Counted from the stretch's first letter, positions 19,671-30,191 are shown. The stretch: 64,000 nt of DNA from Bdellovibrionales bacterium (GCA_947502835.1 CANNBJ010000002.1:397850-461849), one strand, 5' to 3'. The notes: generated from the sequence alone by a model not told the origin. A program made the numbers and translations.

Positions 19671-20627
19671 TCAGCCCTGGCTCACGCTCATCATTTTCAT
19701 GAATTTTTCGCGTCGATGCATGAGTTCTTCGCGGGAGAGGCTCTTCAAGCGGCCGATGCTGAAATCCTGAATCGTGAAGCTTGCCATCACCGTCCCGTAG
19801 ACCACCGCGCGCCGGAGAAGCTGATCCCAGCCATTGGGATCGAGCTGCATCATATCGCGCTTGGCGCCATTCTCGGCAAGGTAGCCCACCACTGCGCCCG
19901 CGAAGCTGTCGCCTGCGCCGGTTGGATCAATCACCTCGTCAACAAGGTACGCGGGTGCGAGAAAGGCGCCGTTCGGAGTAAAGAGCGCCGACCCGTATTC
20001 GCCCCGCTTGATGATGATGTTGGTGGGGCCCATGGTTTGGATTTTTCGCGCCGCCTTTTCAAGGCTCTTCTCGTCAGAGAGCAGGAATGCTTCCTTTTCA
20101 TTGATGCACAGGAGGTCCACCCGCTTCAGGGTTTCTTTCAGCTCCGCAGGCTTCCCTGTGATCCAGAAGTTCATCGAGTCGCAGGCGACCAACTCGTGTC
20201 CGTTCACCTGGTTCAAAACCTGTTGCTGCAGAACCGGATCAATGTTGGCAAGAAACACAACCGGACAGGACTTGTGGGTTTCCGGAAGTCTCGGGTCAAA
20301 ATGTTCGAAAACATTGAGCGCGGTCGCCAGGGTTTTAGCTTCATTCAGGTTGGTGTCGTACTCTCCGACCCAATGGAAGGTCTTGCCTTTCGCAACCTGG
20401 ATCCCGCTGACATCGATGTCACGCTTGCTGAGAAAACTCAGGTGGTCCTGCGGAAAATCATCTCCCACCACGGCCACGATCTTAATCGGCGAGAAGAGGG
20501 ATGCGGCCAAGGAAAAGTAATTCACGGATCCGCCCAAGACCTGATCGGCACGTCCTGCGGGGGTGCGTACAGAGTCAAATGCCATGGAGCCAACTGTCAA
20601 AATAGGGCGGTTTTTCTTGGATTGCAT
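19671..20627 (-). CDS. PfkB-family sugar/nucleoside kinase
   Basis: VGSMAFD, LGGS, IKRGEYGS and DPTGAGDSFAG motifs. Confidence 0.92.
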   Translation of the reverse strand: MQSKKNRPILTVGSMAFDSVRTPAGRADQVLGGSVNYFSLAASLFSPIKIVAVVGDDFPQDHLSFLSKRDIDVSGIQVAKGKTFHWVGEYDTNLNEAKTLATALNVFEHFDPRLPETHKSCPVVFLANIDPVLQQQVLNQVNGHELVACDSMNFWITGKPAELKETLKRVDLLCINEKEAFLLSDEKSLEKAARKIQTMGPTNIIIKRGEYGSALFTPNGAFLAPAYLVDEVIDPTGAGDSFAGAVVGYLAENGAKRDMMQLDPNGWDQLLRRAVVYGTVMASFTIQDFSIGRLKSLSREELMHRREKFMKMMSVSQG

Positions 20628-20639
20628 AGGTGGCCAAGT

Positions 20640-21221
20640 CTAATAGCGGATCTCCTTCGGGTCAACGAATTTGGTCCGTGGACGGGTTTTCGGGGAAGTG
20701 GGAATCGGATTCGCTTCCAGCAGAATTCTCATGGATTCGAGTCCACTCAGCGAGATCGGAATCCTGCTCCACTCCTTGGGCGCGGGGCAAGGGAAATCCC
20801 GATGCCACACCTCGAAATGTTCGCCCAGTGCGCCATGGGGAAAGACGAGCGTTTGCAGACCCGGACTCATCCGGACTTCGAGTGTCTCTCCCCGGAAAGC
20901 CTCGGAGGAGCGCAGAATCCTTTCACGCTCTTCACCCGATTCGATCGGTCGATAGCCGAAAAAGCGCAGGATCGCTCGCCAGAAAGAGGCATCGGGTCGA
21001 TGGGAGCTCCTGTATTCAATGATTGTCATTTCACGAGTGGAAACCATGCTTGCCCACGCAAAGATGCACGAACCCATGAGAAGGGCAATGCCCCTGAGCC
21101 ATCTCAGGGTTTCAGGCGCGAGTTTTGGTTTTGAATCGCCTCCTTGAATCCGCGATAGCGTTTCAGAAAACCACGCTCGAATCCGATCAAGGCGACGAGG
21201 ATCAAGAAGCTCCATACGCAC
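20640..21221 (-). CDS. Hypothetical membrane protein
   Basis: One TM segment; co-directional in the Tad-pilin to pfkB run. Confidence 0.55.
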   Translation of the reverse strand: MRMELLDPRRLDRIRAWFSETLSRIQGGDSKPKLAPETLRWLRGIALLMGSCIFAWASMVSTREMTIIEYRSSHRPDASFWRAILRFFGYRPIESGEERERILRSSEAFRGETLEVRMSPGLQTLVFPHGALGEHFEVWHRDFPCPAPKEWSRIPISLSGLESMRILLEANPIPTSPKTRPRTKFVDPKEIRY

Positions 21222-21248
21222 ATCTCCACGAGGCTTGAGCCTGCATTC

Positions 21249-21827
21249 CTACCGCGACCATCGGACGGACCATTCATGGTGCTTCTCCGCTTGGATCAGG
21301 GCTTCGGTTTCCAATTTTGCCACGCGGATTCCAAGCCGGATTTCCTTTGGCAAGGCCAAAAGGGATGCTGTGGTTTCAGCCTCAAACACAGTGGCGCCCG
21401 GACTGAGCACTTTGAAGTCGAAGTCTGGAAAAATGCCCCGAAACGGCTGATTTCGGAGGCCGCATCCAAGACCGGGAAAGGTATTCCATCGGACCCGCCT
21501 CTCGTTCCAAGCGGTCTTGATGGCCCGTTGAATCACGGATTCGGCAGTGATGAGTTTCCCGAACAACTCAAGAGCCATTGGTCCCGATGGAGTTGCAAGC
21601 AAGGGAAGGGTGGCAAGCCGGGCTGCCTCGATTCTCCGGTAGGATGCTGAAAGATCATTCAACAAGTGGCGAAGAAGGTGCGCCGCGCCTCCCGCACATC
21701 GATCGAGCGTGATCTGTCGTTGGGCGATGGCCCGAATGTGGATCATGGTCAATCCGAACCCTGCTCCGAGGAGGAAGACGAGGAGTGTGACAGCTCCCCC
21801 CAAAGCGAGGAAGCCCTCCCGACCCAT
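21249..21827 (-). CDS. Tad-type minor pilin-like protein (TadG/TadE-like)
   Basis: Internal ATG at 21827 gives MGREG|FLALGGAVTLLVFLL, a prepilin-like N-terminus; lies next to flp and the TadE-like gene. Confidence 0.55.
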   Translation of the reverse strand: MGREGFLALGGAVTLLVFLLGAGFGLTMIHIRAIAQRQITLDRCAGGAAHLLRHLLNDLSASYRRIEAARLATLPLLATPSGPMALELFGKLITAESVIQRAIKTAWNERRVRWNTFPGLGCGLRNQPFRGIFPDFDFKVLSPGATVFEAETTASLLALPKEIRLGIRVAKLETEALIQAEKHHEWSVRWSR

Positions 21828-22099
21828 CCCTGAAAAGGGGAAAGAGGATCCGGACTTTCGAGATCGCGAAGGGGACTCAGGGATACGGTCTCTGTCACCC
21901 CACTTCTGCAAACGATTTCCACCTTCACCGGTCGATTTTCCTGAATCAGGCGCGCCCTTGCCTCGAGGAATGCAAGTCGGGCGCATCGGGCACGCTGATA
22001 CTCCAGGCCTCCCCAATGAAGGATCCCCGCAATCAGGGGAAGGATCAGGACAAGCAGTACGATCGAGTGTTCGATCAGGATCTGGCCTTTCCGGTTCAT
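21749..22099 (-). CDS. TadE-like pseudopilin
   Basis: MNRKG|QILIE plus hydrophobic helix, then AFLEAR; ATGA-coupled to flp. Confidence 0.7.
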   Translation of the reverse strand: MNRKGQILIEHSIVLLVLILPLIAGILHWGGLEYQRARCARLAFLEARARLIQENRPVKVEIVCRSGVTETVSLSPLRDLESPDPLSPFQGWVGRASSLWGELSHSSSSSSEQGSD

Positions 22100-22266
22100 G
22101 GCACATGGATTTGTTGAAGGTGTTCATTCACGGTCTCCAGCTTGGCTTTGATCGTTGTTCCAAGGGTCTTCGATGCTGCAATCGAGCCCACCACGATCAA
22201 CATGGCAAGGATCATGTACTCGCTGAGGCCTTGCCCGGATTGGTTTCGGATGAGGGTTGGTTTCAT
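22096..22266 (-). CDS. flp: Flp family type IVc pilin, 56 aa (absent from the ORF track)
   Basis: Hand translation: MKPTLIRNQSG|QGLSEYMILAMLIVVGSIAASKTLGTTIKAKLETVNEHLQQIHVP; Flp G|xxxxEY motif; AAGGAG SD. Confidence 0.88.
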   Translation of the reverse strand: MKPTLIRNQSGQGLSEYMILAMLIVVGSIAASKTLGTTIKAKLETVNEHLQQIHVP

Positions 22267-22295
22267 TTCAGTGTACTCCTTCGGGACATGCCATC

Positions 22296-22312
22296 TTCAA
22301 AAAGCGGGCCAA
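22296..22312 (-). promoter_or_regulatory. Possible sigma-54 promoter of flp
   Basis: TTGGCCCGCTTTTTGAA: GG-N10-GA, one mismatch to the GG-N10-GC consensus. Confidence 0.4.
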
Positions 22313-22362
22313 AGTCCGACCGGTTTGACTTCGGCCCGCCATCTGGGCACAATCGAGGCAAG

Positions 22363-22968
22363 ATGCAAAAGAGCGAAAAATTTTATATTTTCAGTTGGAA
22401 AGAAGTTCTGGTGCTCGGATTGGTGGCTCTCACGGCAATCGGATTCTTTTTCACCCTTGGGCTCCATTACGGAAAGAAATTGAATCTTGAAGGCAAGGAG
22501 CCCGAAGCTTCTGTCGCAAAATTGGAGTCCGGTCCGGAATCCGTACCTCCGAAGGAAACACTCGAGCAGGGAGCGCACCACATCGAAGGCACTGCAGAGG
22601 AAGCAATCCGCGAGTCCACCCATGATGAAATGGAAGCATCAAAACTGAAAGTGGAGCAGCCAAGGCCTGTGGATCTTCCCGACCACAAAGTCGAGTCCGG
22701 TGCGCCGGAGGCGGGATCTGAGACCCCGGCGGGCAGATTCGCTCTGCAGTTGGGCTCCTACCCGAATTCCAAAGATGCCCAAAAGAAGATTTCGCAATTC
22801 CTGAAGCGCGGGATCAAGACCGAAATGCGCACCGCACTTGTGAATTCGGAAACCCGGTATCGGGTGGTGATCCCCGGGTTTCAGAGTCTGAAACAGGCGG
22901 ATCAAAAGGGCAAGGAACTCAAGGAGTCCAGAAAAGTCGAAAGCTTTGTCGTGATCAAAGCAGAGTGA
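22363..22968 (+). CDS. SPOR-domain protein (FtsN/DedD-like)
   Basis: N-terminal TM segment, charged linker, FALQLGSY...YRVVIPGF. Confidence 0.85.
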   Translation: MQKSEKFYIFSWKEVLVLGLVALTAIGFFFTLGLHYGKKLNLEGKEPEASVAKLESGPESVPPKETLEQGAHHIEGTAEEAIRESTHDEMEASKLKVEQPRPVDLPDHKVESGAPEAGSETPAGRFALQLGSYPNSKDAQKKISQFLKRGIKTEMRTALVNSETRYRVVIPGFQSLKQADQKGKELKESRKVESFVVIKAE

Positions 22969-23964
22969 TCAGCTCTTGCGCTTTTGGGCATTCAGTTTTT
23001 CAAGCTCGGTCAAGAGCCCGAACGCCCGATACATGAAAATGATGTTTTTTCCGTCGTAGTCAAGGAGGACCTCTTCGCCCGAGACCAGGGTGATGTTCTT
23101 GATGAATCCTTGATCCAGCAACTCCTGCGCAAAACCGAGCGGGATTGCATTTGATTTCAATACCGGTCCGAGATTGAGTCGCTCCATGCCTTCTTCCAGG
23201 GGGGTGGCTTCGGCACGGTTCTGTACGATCAGGGTCAGGACCTTGAAGCCGTTGAGTGAGATTTCCTGCCTTTTTTCATGAGCGGTGAGATTGAGTTCAT
23301 TCAGGAAGTGGATCCATTGATCGAGAAACCGGATGTCGGTAAGAAGAAGGTCTCCCTTCAGGATTTCGATTCCCTTGAATACCTCGATGAGGGAAATCAC
23401 CTTTGCCGCAGGAACTTGAAGGATCTGACCGCTGAATTTCTCGAGGAGTGCGGTCGAAAACTCGATTCCCTCCGAGCTTTGGTTTTTCCCGTATCTGCTG
23501 GCCACAACGAGCAGCCCCGTGCTGAAGCGCAGCAGTTCCTGAATGGTGATGAAGGTGTATTCCTTGGTGCGGTTTCCGTGTTTGTCGATGTCGTACTCGG
23601 TGGAGACATTCTCAAGGATCCTGATGCGGTTGTTCGCGCCCCTCACTCTTGAGGCTATCGTCTTGATGAGGCTTACCAGCCACTCGGGAGCCTGGCCCAA
23701 TGCTGCGTCCAATGCGGGTCTTGTGATTTCGATCACTTCGGTCGTCACCAGGGCTTCGGCGGATGCAGACCGGGGCTGACCATCGAAAAACGAAAGCTCA
23801 CCCACGACTTGTCCTGAGCGGAGTGTTTCGATTTCGATTTTTCCGTCCCCCTTCCGTTTGAAAATCCGGATGGCCCCGCCTTTGATGACGTACATGTTCT
23901 TGGATTGGTCCCCTTCTTCGAAAAGGATGTCTTTTGCCTTCAATATGATTTCTTTGGATGCCAT
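22969..23964 (-). CDS. Cyclic-nucleotide-binding (Crp/Fnr-like) protein
   Basis: LFEEGD...MYVIKGG...GELSFFDGQPRSASA phosphate-binding cassette. Confidence 0.88.
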   Translation of the reverse strand: MASKEIILKAKDILFEEGDQSKNMYVIKGGAIRIFKRKGDGKIEIETLRSGQVVGELSFFDGQPRSASAEALVTTEVIEITRPALDAALGQAPEWLVSLIKTIASRVRGANNRIRILENVSTEYDIDKHGNRTKEYTFITIQELLRFSTGLLVVASRYGKNQSSEGIEFSTALLEKFSGQILQVPAAKVISLIEVFKGIEILKGDLLLTDIRFLDQWIHFLNELNLTAHEKRQEISLNGFKVLTLIVQNRAEATPLEEGMERLNLGPVLKSNAIPLGFAQELLDQGFIKNITLVSGEEVLLDYDGKNIIFMYRAFGLLTELEKLNAQKRKS

Positions 23965-23965
23965 A

Positions 23966-26281
23966 TCACTTTTTCCTCATTTCGATCGACCCATCCCATT
24001 GTTCGGGTGGAGGTGAGTTCCGGAAGTCGTCACAGCGTTCCAGGTAGACTTCGGATGGCTCATCCGCCACCCCGTAAATCTCCTTCGAGAGGACGGAGGC
24101 TTCCCGGAAAAGGGTTGCAGCATCCTCCCAAAGACGCTTCCGGAATGCCGCCTTCCCTTCCTCGAATTTGCCGATGATCCTGGGATCGGTCGGCTGATCG
24201 GAAACGGAGATCAGGCCCACGGCATTCTTCTTGCCCTTGACCTTGACCGTATCGAGAGTCCGGCAATGAAATCGGGTCTGCTCCTGTGCGGGGATCTTCT
24301 CGAGGCATTCTTGTGTGGTCAGGATGTCGCACCCGTAGAGGCGGGTGAGGGACTCGAGTCGGGATGCGAGGTTTACATGGTCTCCGATGACTGTGTAGGC
24401 GAAGATTCGCTTTGAGCCCATGTTCCCGACACTCACGACCCCTGAGTTGATTCCGATTCCCGCACCGACCTCGATTCCGTACCGTTTCTTGAAGTCGGGA
24501 GCGATTTCCTTCAATCGTTTGGTCATTGCCACCGCCGCGGACCAAGCGCGTTCCACATGATCGTCCTGATCCAGCGGAGCTCCCCAGAAAGCCATGATCG
24601 CGTCCCCGATGTATTTGTCGAGGGTTCCCCCGTGTTCAAAAATGATTTCCGTCATTTCCGAAAGGTACTCGTTCAAGAGTTGGGTGAGGGTTTTGGGGTC
24701 CATGTTTTCGGAAAAGGAGGTGAACCCGCGAAGATCACTGAAAAGCACCGTGAGTTCCTTGCGTTCCCCTCCCACCGCGAGACGCGAGGGGTCCTTGAGA
24801 ACAAGGTCCACCACCTGGGGAGCGAGGTATTTGGAAAAAGCATCCCGGACAAATTTCTTCTTTCGCTCCTCGAGAATGTACCGGACGGAGAGAATCAATC
24901 CGAAGATCGCAAGGATCTCGAGAAACAGGAAAGCAGTGGGGAGATTGATGTGGTTTCCAAACAAGAGCCGGATGTCGATCCACCCGAATCCCGCCATGAA
25001 TGAGGTGAACAAAATCAGGCTCGGAATGGCTTGAAGGGTGGAAAACGCCCACGAAAAGAGAAGCCCCAGCACGATGAGCGAGGCCAGCGGGAGCCAAGGC
25101 ATTCCGATTCCGCTTGCGGAACGAAGCTCATCGCGGTCGATCAGGTTGCCGGCGGCGGTTGCGTGACCCTCCACGCCCGGCGTATTGAAGTCGAAGGGGA
25201 ATGCCCGCATGTCATAGATTCCCGTGGCGGAGGTGCCGAAAAACACATGGGAATCCTTGAAGATCTCTCGATCTGCCGGACTGCCGGATTCAAGAGTCCG
25301 GAACAAGTCGATCACATTCACATACTTGAAGGAACGGCTCTTTCCCTTAAAATTCAGATTGATGTAGCCCACGGGTGTGATGGCGATGGGATTCCCCGGA
25401 TCCTTTTCGAAGTAGGCTCTTGAAATCAAGCCATCTGCGGAGAACTCGAGTTTCAACCGGTCGTCACGGGCAAGTTCCGCCAGCTTCAGTCCCAACGACG
25501 GATACACCCGCCCGTTGGCGAAGTTGACGAGACCGTACCGGCGGATATAGCTGTCGGAGTCAGGATTGATCTGAAAGGATCCCGCGTGGAGTGCCGCGTC
25601 CGCGAGAATCGGGATGTTCGAGAATACGCGGACCATGAACTGGAACGGACTTCGATCCTGGATCGCATCGGGAAACCCGTAGGGATCGGGTTGGGCGAAT
25701 TTGGCCAGAGTGGTGTCGATCGTTTGATTCAATTCGGGGTCGTGGATGGGGCATTCTTCTTTCAGTGTGTACCGGGGTTGGCAATAGAGGTCGGCTGCAT
25801 ACCCGAGGACCAGGCGTTTGCGATAGGCTTGGATCACACGGGCAAGGTTCGGATCGCCTTCCAGTTTCCTCGCCTCCGACAAAAGAAACGGTTTTTCCTT
25901 CAAAAGTTCATAAAGCTCATCGGGGACGGTTTTTTCCGCTTCTGAAAAGGTGACATCGAGTGCGAGGGTTTTCGCGCCCAGTTTGAAGATGGCATGGATG
26001 ATGTCGGCATAGGTGTTCCGCGCCCATGGCCACCTTCCGATCAAGCTCACTGAATCATCATCGGCATCGACAATGATGATCTTCCCGGGGGCCGGCTCCG
26101 GCCCGCGGAGACGGAACTTGATGTTGGTCATGAGTCCATTGACGGACTGTGCGATCGGATAAAGTTTGTCGTTCAGTGCGGGATGCAGTTTGCCTTGTTC
26201 GCCCAGGTCGGAGGTGATCTGAAACACCGAAGCGGTCAGAATGATCGGAATCGACAAGGCCCAAAGAGGAAACTTGGTCAT
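23966..26281 (-). CDS. CHASE2-domain class III adenylate/guanylate cyclase
   Basis: GRWPWAR, PGVEGHA, three TM segments, FSDLRGFT, DKYIGDAIM and GDHVNLASRLE. Confidence 0.94.
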   Translation of the reverse strand: MTKFPLWALSIPIILTASVFQITSDLGEQGKLHPALNDKLYPIAQSVNGLMTNIKFRLRGPEPAPGKIIIVDADDDSVSLIGRWPWARNTYADIIHAIFKLGAKTLALDVTFSEAEKTVPDELYELLKEKPFLLSEARKLEGDPNLARVIQAYRKRLVLGYAADLYCQPRYTLKEECPIHDPELNQTIDTTLAKFAQPDPYGFPDAIQDRSPFQFMVRVFSNIPILADAALHAGSFQINPDSDSYIRRYGLVNFANGRVYPSLGLKLAELARDDRLKLEFSADGLISRAYFEKDPGNPIAITPVGYINLNFKGKSRSFKYVNVIDLFRTLESGSPADREIFKDSHVFFGTSATGIYDMRAFPFDFNTPGVEGHATAAGNLIDRDELRSASGIGMPWLPLASLIVLGLLFSWAFSTLQAIPSLILFTSFMAGFGWIDIRLLFGNHINLPTAFLFLEILAIFGLILSVRYILEERKKKFVRDAFSKYLAPQVVDLVLKDPSRLAVGGERKELTVLFSDLRGFTSFSENMDPKTLTQLLNEYLSEMTEIIFEHGGTLDKYIGDAIMAFWGAPLDQDDHVERAWSAAVAMTKRLKEIAPDFKKRYGIEVGAGIGINSGVVSVGNMGSKRIFAYTVIGDHVNLASRLESLTRLYGCDILTTQECLEKIPAQEQTRFHCRTLDTVKVKGKKNAVGLISVSDQPTDPRIIGKFEEGKAAFRKRLWEDAATLFREASVLSKEIYGVADEPSEVYLERCDDFRNSPPPEQWDGSIEMRKK

Positions 26282-26886
26282 GGTACCGTGCGCCCTTTTC
26301 TGCGACTCAAGGTGAATGCGAGGGTTCCAAGGAGAAGTGCACTCACAAGGAGAATGGTTTGAAACCGTTTGAATCCCGAAATGACTCCATCAATGTTGGA
26401 TCCTGCGGCATGAGCGAGATTCATCAGAATCGAAAGGTAAATCACAGTCGAGATGCCATTCAGGAGGTAAAAGGTCCTGGGATGGATGCGGAGGGTTCCC
26501 GCGGTGAAAAAGAGGGCGGTCCGGATGAAGGGCATGAACCGGATGCAGAACACAAAACGACTCCCTTTTTGCGAGAGGAACCCTTCCGCCTGTTTCAGTT
26601 TCGATTCCGGGAGGATCCATTTGAACGGGGCCCTTCGAAGAAGTCCCGGGCCGAATTTCCGTGCGATGAAAAAATTGATCGAGTCACCGGTGATCAGCCC
26701 GAGAAAGGCGATGGGGATCAGGATCGGCAGCTTGAACAGGCCTGCAGCCGCAAGCATGGATGCAGCGATCAGAATCAGATCCGAATTGAGAGGTGCGCCA
26801 ACACCGCATGCGATGAGGCACGTGTAAAAAACAAAGTATCCTTCCGGACCGCTGAACCGCATGAGAAATTCCCTGGCCTGCTCCAT
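26278..26886 (-). CDS. DedA family membrane protein
   Basis: GVGAPLNSD, GDSINF and RFMPFIR motifs. Confidence 0.88.
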   Translation of the reverse strand: MEQAREFLMRFSGPEGYFVFYTCLIACGVGAPLNSDLILIAASMLAAAGLFKLPILIPIAFLGLITGDSINFFIARKFGPGLLRRAPFKWILPESKLKQAEGFLSQKGSRFVFCIRFMPFIRTALFFTAGTLRIHPRTFYLLNGISTVIYLSILMNLAHAAGSNIDGVISGFKRFQTILLVSALLLGTLAFTLSRRKGRTVP

Positions 26887-26962
26887 CCCATCATTTTATG
26901 GAAATCGAGCCGAAAAATCACCTGAAACCCGTGTGGAACGCGAGTGCCAAAATAGTGGTATG

Positions 26963-28222
26963 TCAAGGGCCCGCCTGGAGGTTCCGTCTGAGGCAATCAA
27001 TTGCGGATTGAGCGGCTCTTTCCTTGTTTCGTTCGCGGTGATTCTCGTAGCGATATTCACGGGCAACCGTTCCACCTGCATGGGCAAGTGCGATCCAAAC
27101 GGTTCCCACCGGGGCAAACGGATCCCCGCCGGTGGGGCCGAGATAGCCCGTGGTTGCAAGACCGTAGTCGGTTCCCCACTTCCTCCGGACCCCTTCCGCC
27201 ATGGCGCGCGCGGTTTCCCCGGAAACCACCCCCCGGGACTCGAGCAGCGCTCCCGGAATGCCAAGCTCGCTCTGTTTCAGTTCCTCCTGATAGGGGATGA
27301 TCGCTCCGCGCAGGACTTTGGATGCGCCCGGGATCTGGGTCAGGCGATGGGTCACGAGACCCCCGGTGCAACTTTCAGCCAGGGCGAGCGTCCGGTTCAA
27401 CTCCCGCAGGCGGGTGATCACAAGTGCATCTATGCTGCCAGGCTCCCGTCCAAAATAATCCTCTCCGCACGCCGATTGAAGCTCAGAGGTCATTTCTGCG
27501 AAAAACGCTTCTTCTTCCGGAGTCCGGCACCGCATTTGGAGGCGGAGTCTCACCGTGGTCAGGCTTGGCAAAAATGCGAGTGTCATGGAGGGGATGGAGG
27601 CAACTTTTCTGACAAAAGGATCAAGCCGGCTTGCAAGTGCGCTTTCTCCAACCCCGGTGGTGAGAAGAGTGGTTTTCAAGATCCGCTCGCCCGATGCCAA
27701 GCTCTTTGAGCCAAGGTTTGGAAGAACGAAGCGTTCCATCATGCTCTTCATTTCATGAGGGACTCCGGGCATCACAAACACGGAGGTCTTGCCTTCTTCG
27801 AGGAATTGCCCTGCTGCGGTTCCGCAGTCGTTGTCGATTCGAGTGGCTCCTTTCAGTAAAAAGGCCTGCTTCCGGTTGTTCTCTGTCATCTCGCGATTCC
27901 GGCTCCGGAAGAATTGCTCCAATGTACCGAGCCACTCCTGATCCATTTCGAGCGGGACCTTGAAAAACCGTGAGAGAACTTCGAGGGTGATGTCATCGTG
28001 GGTCGGACCGAGGCCTCCTCCGATCAGAAGGGCATCACTGCTCTTCAGAAGAAAGGAAACCGCGTCCCGGATGGAGTCCTCTCGATCCCCCACAGTGAGA
28101 TGAGCGGTCACTTCCCAGCCGATTTCCGTGAGCCGCTCACTCATCCACTGGGCGTTCGAGTTCAGGACCTGACCGATGAGGAGTTCGTCTCCGATGGTGA
28201 GGAGGGAGGCCTTGCAGGACAT
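26963..28222 (-). CDS. cinA: CinA (MoCF-like domain plus NMN deamidase PncC)
   Basis: TIGDELLIG, GGLGPTHDDIT, PGVPHEM and AESCTGG motifs. Confidence 0.93.
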   Translation of the reverse strand: MSCKASLLTIGDELLIGQVLNSNAQWMSERLTEIGWEVTAHLTVGDREDSIRDAVSFLLKSSDALLIGGGLGPTHDDITLEVLSRFFKVPLEMDQEWLGTLEQFFRSRNREMTENNRKQAFLLKGATRIDNDCGTAAGQFLEEGKTSVFVMPGVPHEMKSMMERFVLPNLGSKSLASGERILKTTLLTTGVGESALASRLDPFVRKVASIPSMTLAFLPSLTTVRLRLQMRCRTPEEEAFFAEMTSELQSACGEDYFGREPGSIDALVITRLRELNRTLALAESCTGGLVTHRLTQIPGASKVLRGAIIPYQEELKQSELGIPGALLESRGVVSGETARAMAEGVRRKWGTDYGLATTGYLGPTGGDPFAPVGTVWIALAHAGGTVAREYRYENHRERNKERAAQSAIDCLRRNLQAGP

Positions 28223-28226
28223 GGTC

Positions 28227-30191
28227 TCACTCCTCTTCGTTCGCACGAAGGCGCTCAAGCACCGAAAAGTCTTCGAGAGTGGAGGTGTCGCCCGAGGTTT
28301 TTCCCGTGGTGACCATTTCACGCAGCAGTCTCCGCATGATCTTTCCGGATCGTGTCTTCGGGAGGGCATCGGTGAACCGGATCTCGTCGGGCCGCGCAAT
28401 CGGACCGATTTCCTTTGCCACCCAAGTTTTGAGTTCTTCCTGCATCCGCGGGAGATCGGGGGTTCCGGTCACCGCCCCGGATTTCAAGGAAACGAAAGCG
28501 ATCAGCGCGCTTCCCTTCAGTTCGTCAGGCCTTGCAACCACCGCGGATTCTGCAACCTTCGGATGGGAGACAAGCGCACTTTCGATTTCCGCCGTGCCGA
28601 GGCGATGTCCACTGACATTCACCACATCATCGACCCTTCCCATGATCCAGAAGTATCCGTCCTTATCCTTTCGGGCCCCGTCGCCCGTGAAGTACCACTT
28701 CTGTTTCTTGAAATCCGAGAAGTAAGTTTTCGCGTATCTCTCCGGATCTCCGAAAACATTCCGGAGCATCGAGGGCCAGGGATGTTTCACGACGAGGAGG
28801 CCGCCTTCATTGGGTTTGCAGGGCTTCCCCTCTTTGGTCACCACATCCGCAAGGATTCCCGGCAAGGGAAGCGTCGCAGAGCCCGGTTTGGCGGGGATTG
28901 CACCCGGAAGGGGTGCGATCAAGATCGATCCTGTCTCGGTCTGCCACCAGGTGTCCACGATCGGACATCGCTTCTTCCCGATGACCCTGTGATACCACAT
29001 CCATGCCTCGGGATTGATCGGTTCGCCGACTGTCCCCAATAATCGAAGGGAGCGAAGATCGTGTCGCTCCGGAAAGTCCTCTCCCAAACGCATGAAGGAG
29101 CGGATCGCGGTGGGAGCCGTATAAAAAATCGTGGCCCGATGGCGATCAATCATCGACCAGAGGCGATCGGGAGCGGGGTAGGTGGGAACGCCCTCGTACA
29201 TCAGCAGGGTCGCGCCGTTCATGAGTGGTCCGTAGGCAAGATACGAGTGTCCGGTGATCCAGCCGACATCCGCTGTGCAAAAGTAGATGTCTTCGTCCTT
29301 CAGATCAAAAACGACTTTGCTTGTGTAACGGGTCTGGGTCAGGTAGCCACCGGTCGTGTGCAGGATTCCTTTCGGCTTTCCGGTGGATCCGCTCGTGTAA
29401 AGAATGAACAGAGGGTGTTCACTGTCAAACCCCTCGGCTTTGCAGTCGGTGGAACAACCGGCCAGGAGATCGCTCCACCAGACGTCGCGTCCTTCCTTCA
29501 TCGGGGTTTCCTGTCCTGTCCGTTTCAGGACCACCACGCTCTGAAGACCCGGAACCTGATCCAGCACTGCGTGGACCGCACCCTTCAAGGCGGAGGGGGA
29601 TCCCTTTCGAAATGCGCCGTCCTGGGTGAGCAACACTTTCGCCCTCGAGTCAAGCAGCCGATCCCGCAAGGCTTCGGCCGAGAAGCCCCCGAAGACCACA
29701 TTGTGGGTGGCTCCGATCCTTGCGCAGGCGAGCATGGCTTGCAGGGTTTCCGGAACCATGCCCATGTAAATTCCCACCACATCGCCTTTTCGCACACCCA
29801 GTGAGCGCAGGCCGTTTGCGAGACGGTTCACGTCAAGGGAAAGCTGCTGATAGGTGAGGGTCCTGACCTCTCCGGGCTCCCCTTCCCAGAGAATCGCTGC
29901 TTTGTTTTTCCGGTGGGTGTTCAGATGGATGTCGATCGCGTTCTCGCAGGCATTGAGTTTTCCGCCTGCAAACCATTTTGCGAATGGAAACTTCCACACG
30001 AGGGTTTTCTTGAACGGTTTTTGCCAGAGCAGTTCCTTTGCCTCGTTGGCCCAAAAACGGGTCGGATTGCGCTCCGCAAGCCTCCTCATTTTTTGATAGG
30101 AGGCGAAGCTTGCGATTCCCGCGTGTTTCACGAATTCGGAACTCGGTTTGAAGGTTCGGGATTCTTTCAGGACAGAAGAAATTTCAGGCAT
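28227..30191 (-). CDS. acs: Acetyl-CoA synthetase
   Basis: [20 protein letters not shown] and [12 protein letters not shown] motifs. Confidence 0.97.
   Translation of the reverse strand: MPEISSVLKESRTFKPSSEFVKHAGIASFASYQKMRRLAERNPTRFWANEAKELLWQKPFKKTLVWKFPFAKWFAGGKLNACENAIDIHLNTHRKNKAAILWEGEPGEVRTLTYQQLSLDVNRLANGLRSLGVRKGDVVGIYMGMVPETLQAMLACARIGATHNVVFGGFSAEALRDRLLDSRAKVLLTQDGAFRKGSPSALKGAVHAVLDQVPGLQSVVVLKRTGQETPMKEGRDVWWSDLLAGCSTDCKAEGFDSEHPLFILYTSGSTGKPKGILHTTGGYLTQTRYTSKVVFDLKDEDIYFCTADVGWITGHSYLAYGPLMNGATLLMYEGVPTYPAPDRLWSMIDRHRATIFYTAPTAIRSFMRLGEDFPERHDLRSLRLLGTVGEPINPEAWMWYHRVIGKKRCPIVDTWWQTETGSILIAPLPGAIPAKPGSATLPLPGILADVVTKEGKPCKPNEGGLLVVKHPWPSMLRNVFGDPERYAKTYFSDFKKQKWYFTGDGARKDKDGYFWIMGRVDDVVNVSGHRLGTAEIESALVSHPKVAESAVVARPDELKGSALIAFVSLKSGAVTGTPDLPRMQEELKTWVAKEIGPIARPDEIRFTDALPKTRSGKIMRRLLREMVTTGKTSGDTSTLEDFSVLERLRANEEE

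Noticed and set aside
19623..21134. 503-aa plus-strand ORF
   Set aside because: Lies antisense to pfkB and its neighbour; no motifs.
21709..22362. Long N-terminal extension of the SPOR ORF
   Set aside because: Overlaps the flp and TadE-like genes on the other strand; the ATG at 22363 gives a normal TM-SPOR protein.
26934..26950. TTGGCACTCGCGTTCCA upstream of dedA as a sigma-54 site
   Set aside because: The -12 position is CC, lacking the critical G; a sigma-70-like -10 hexamer fits better.
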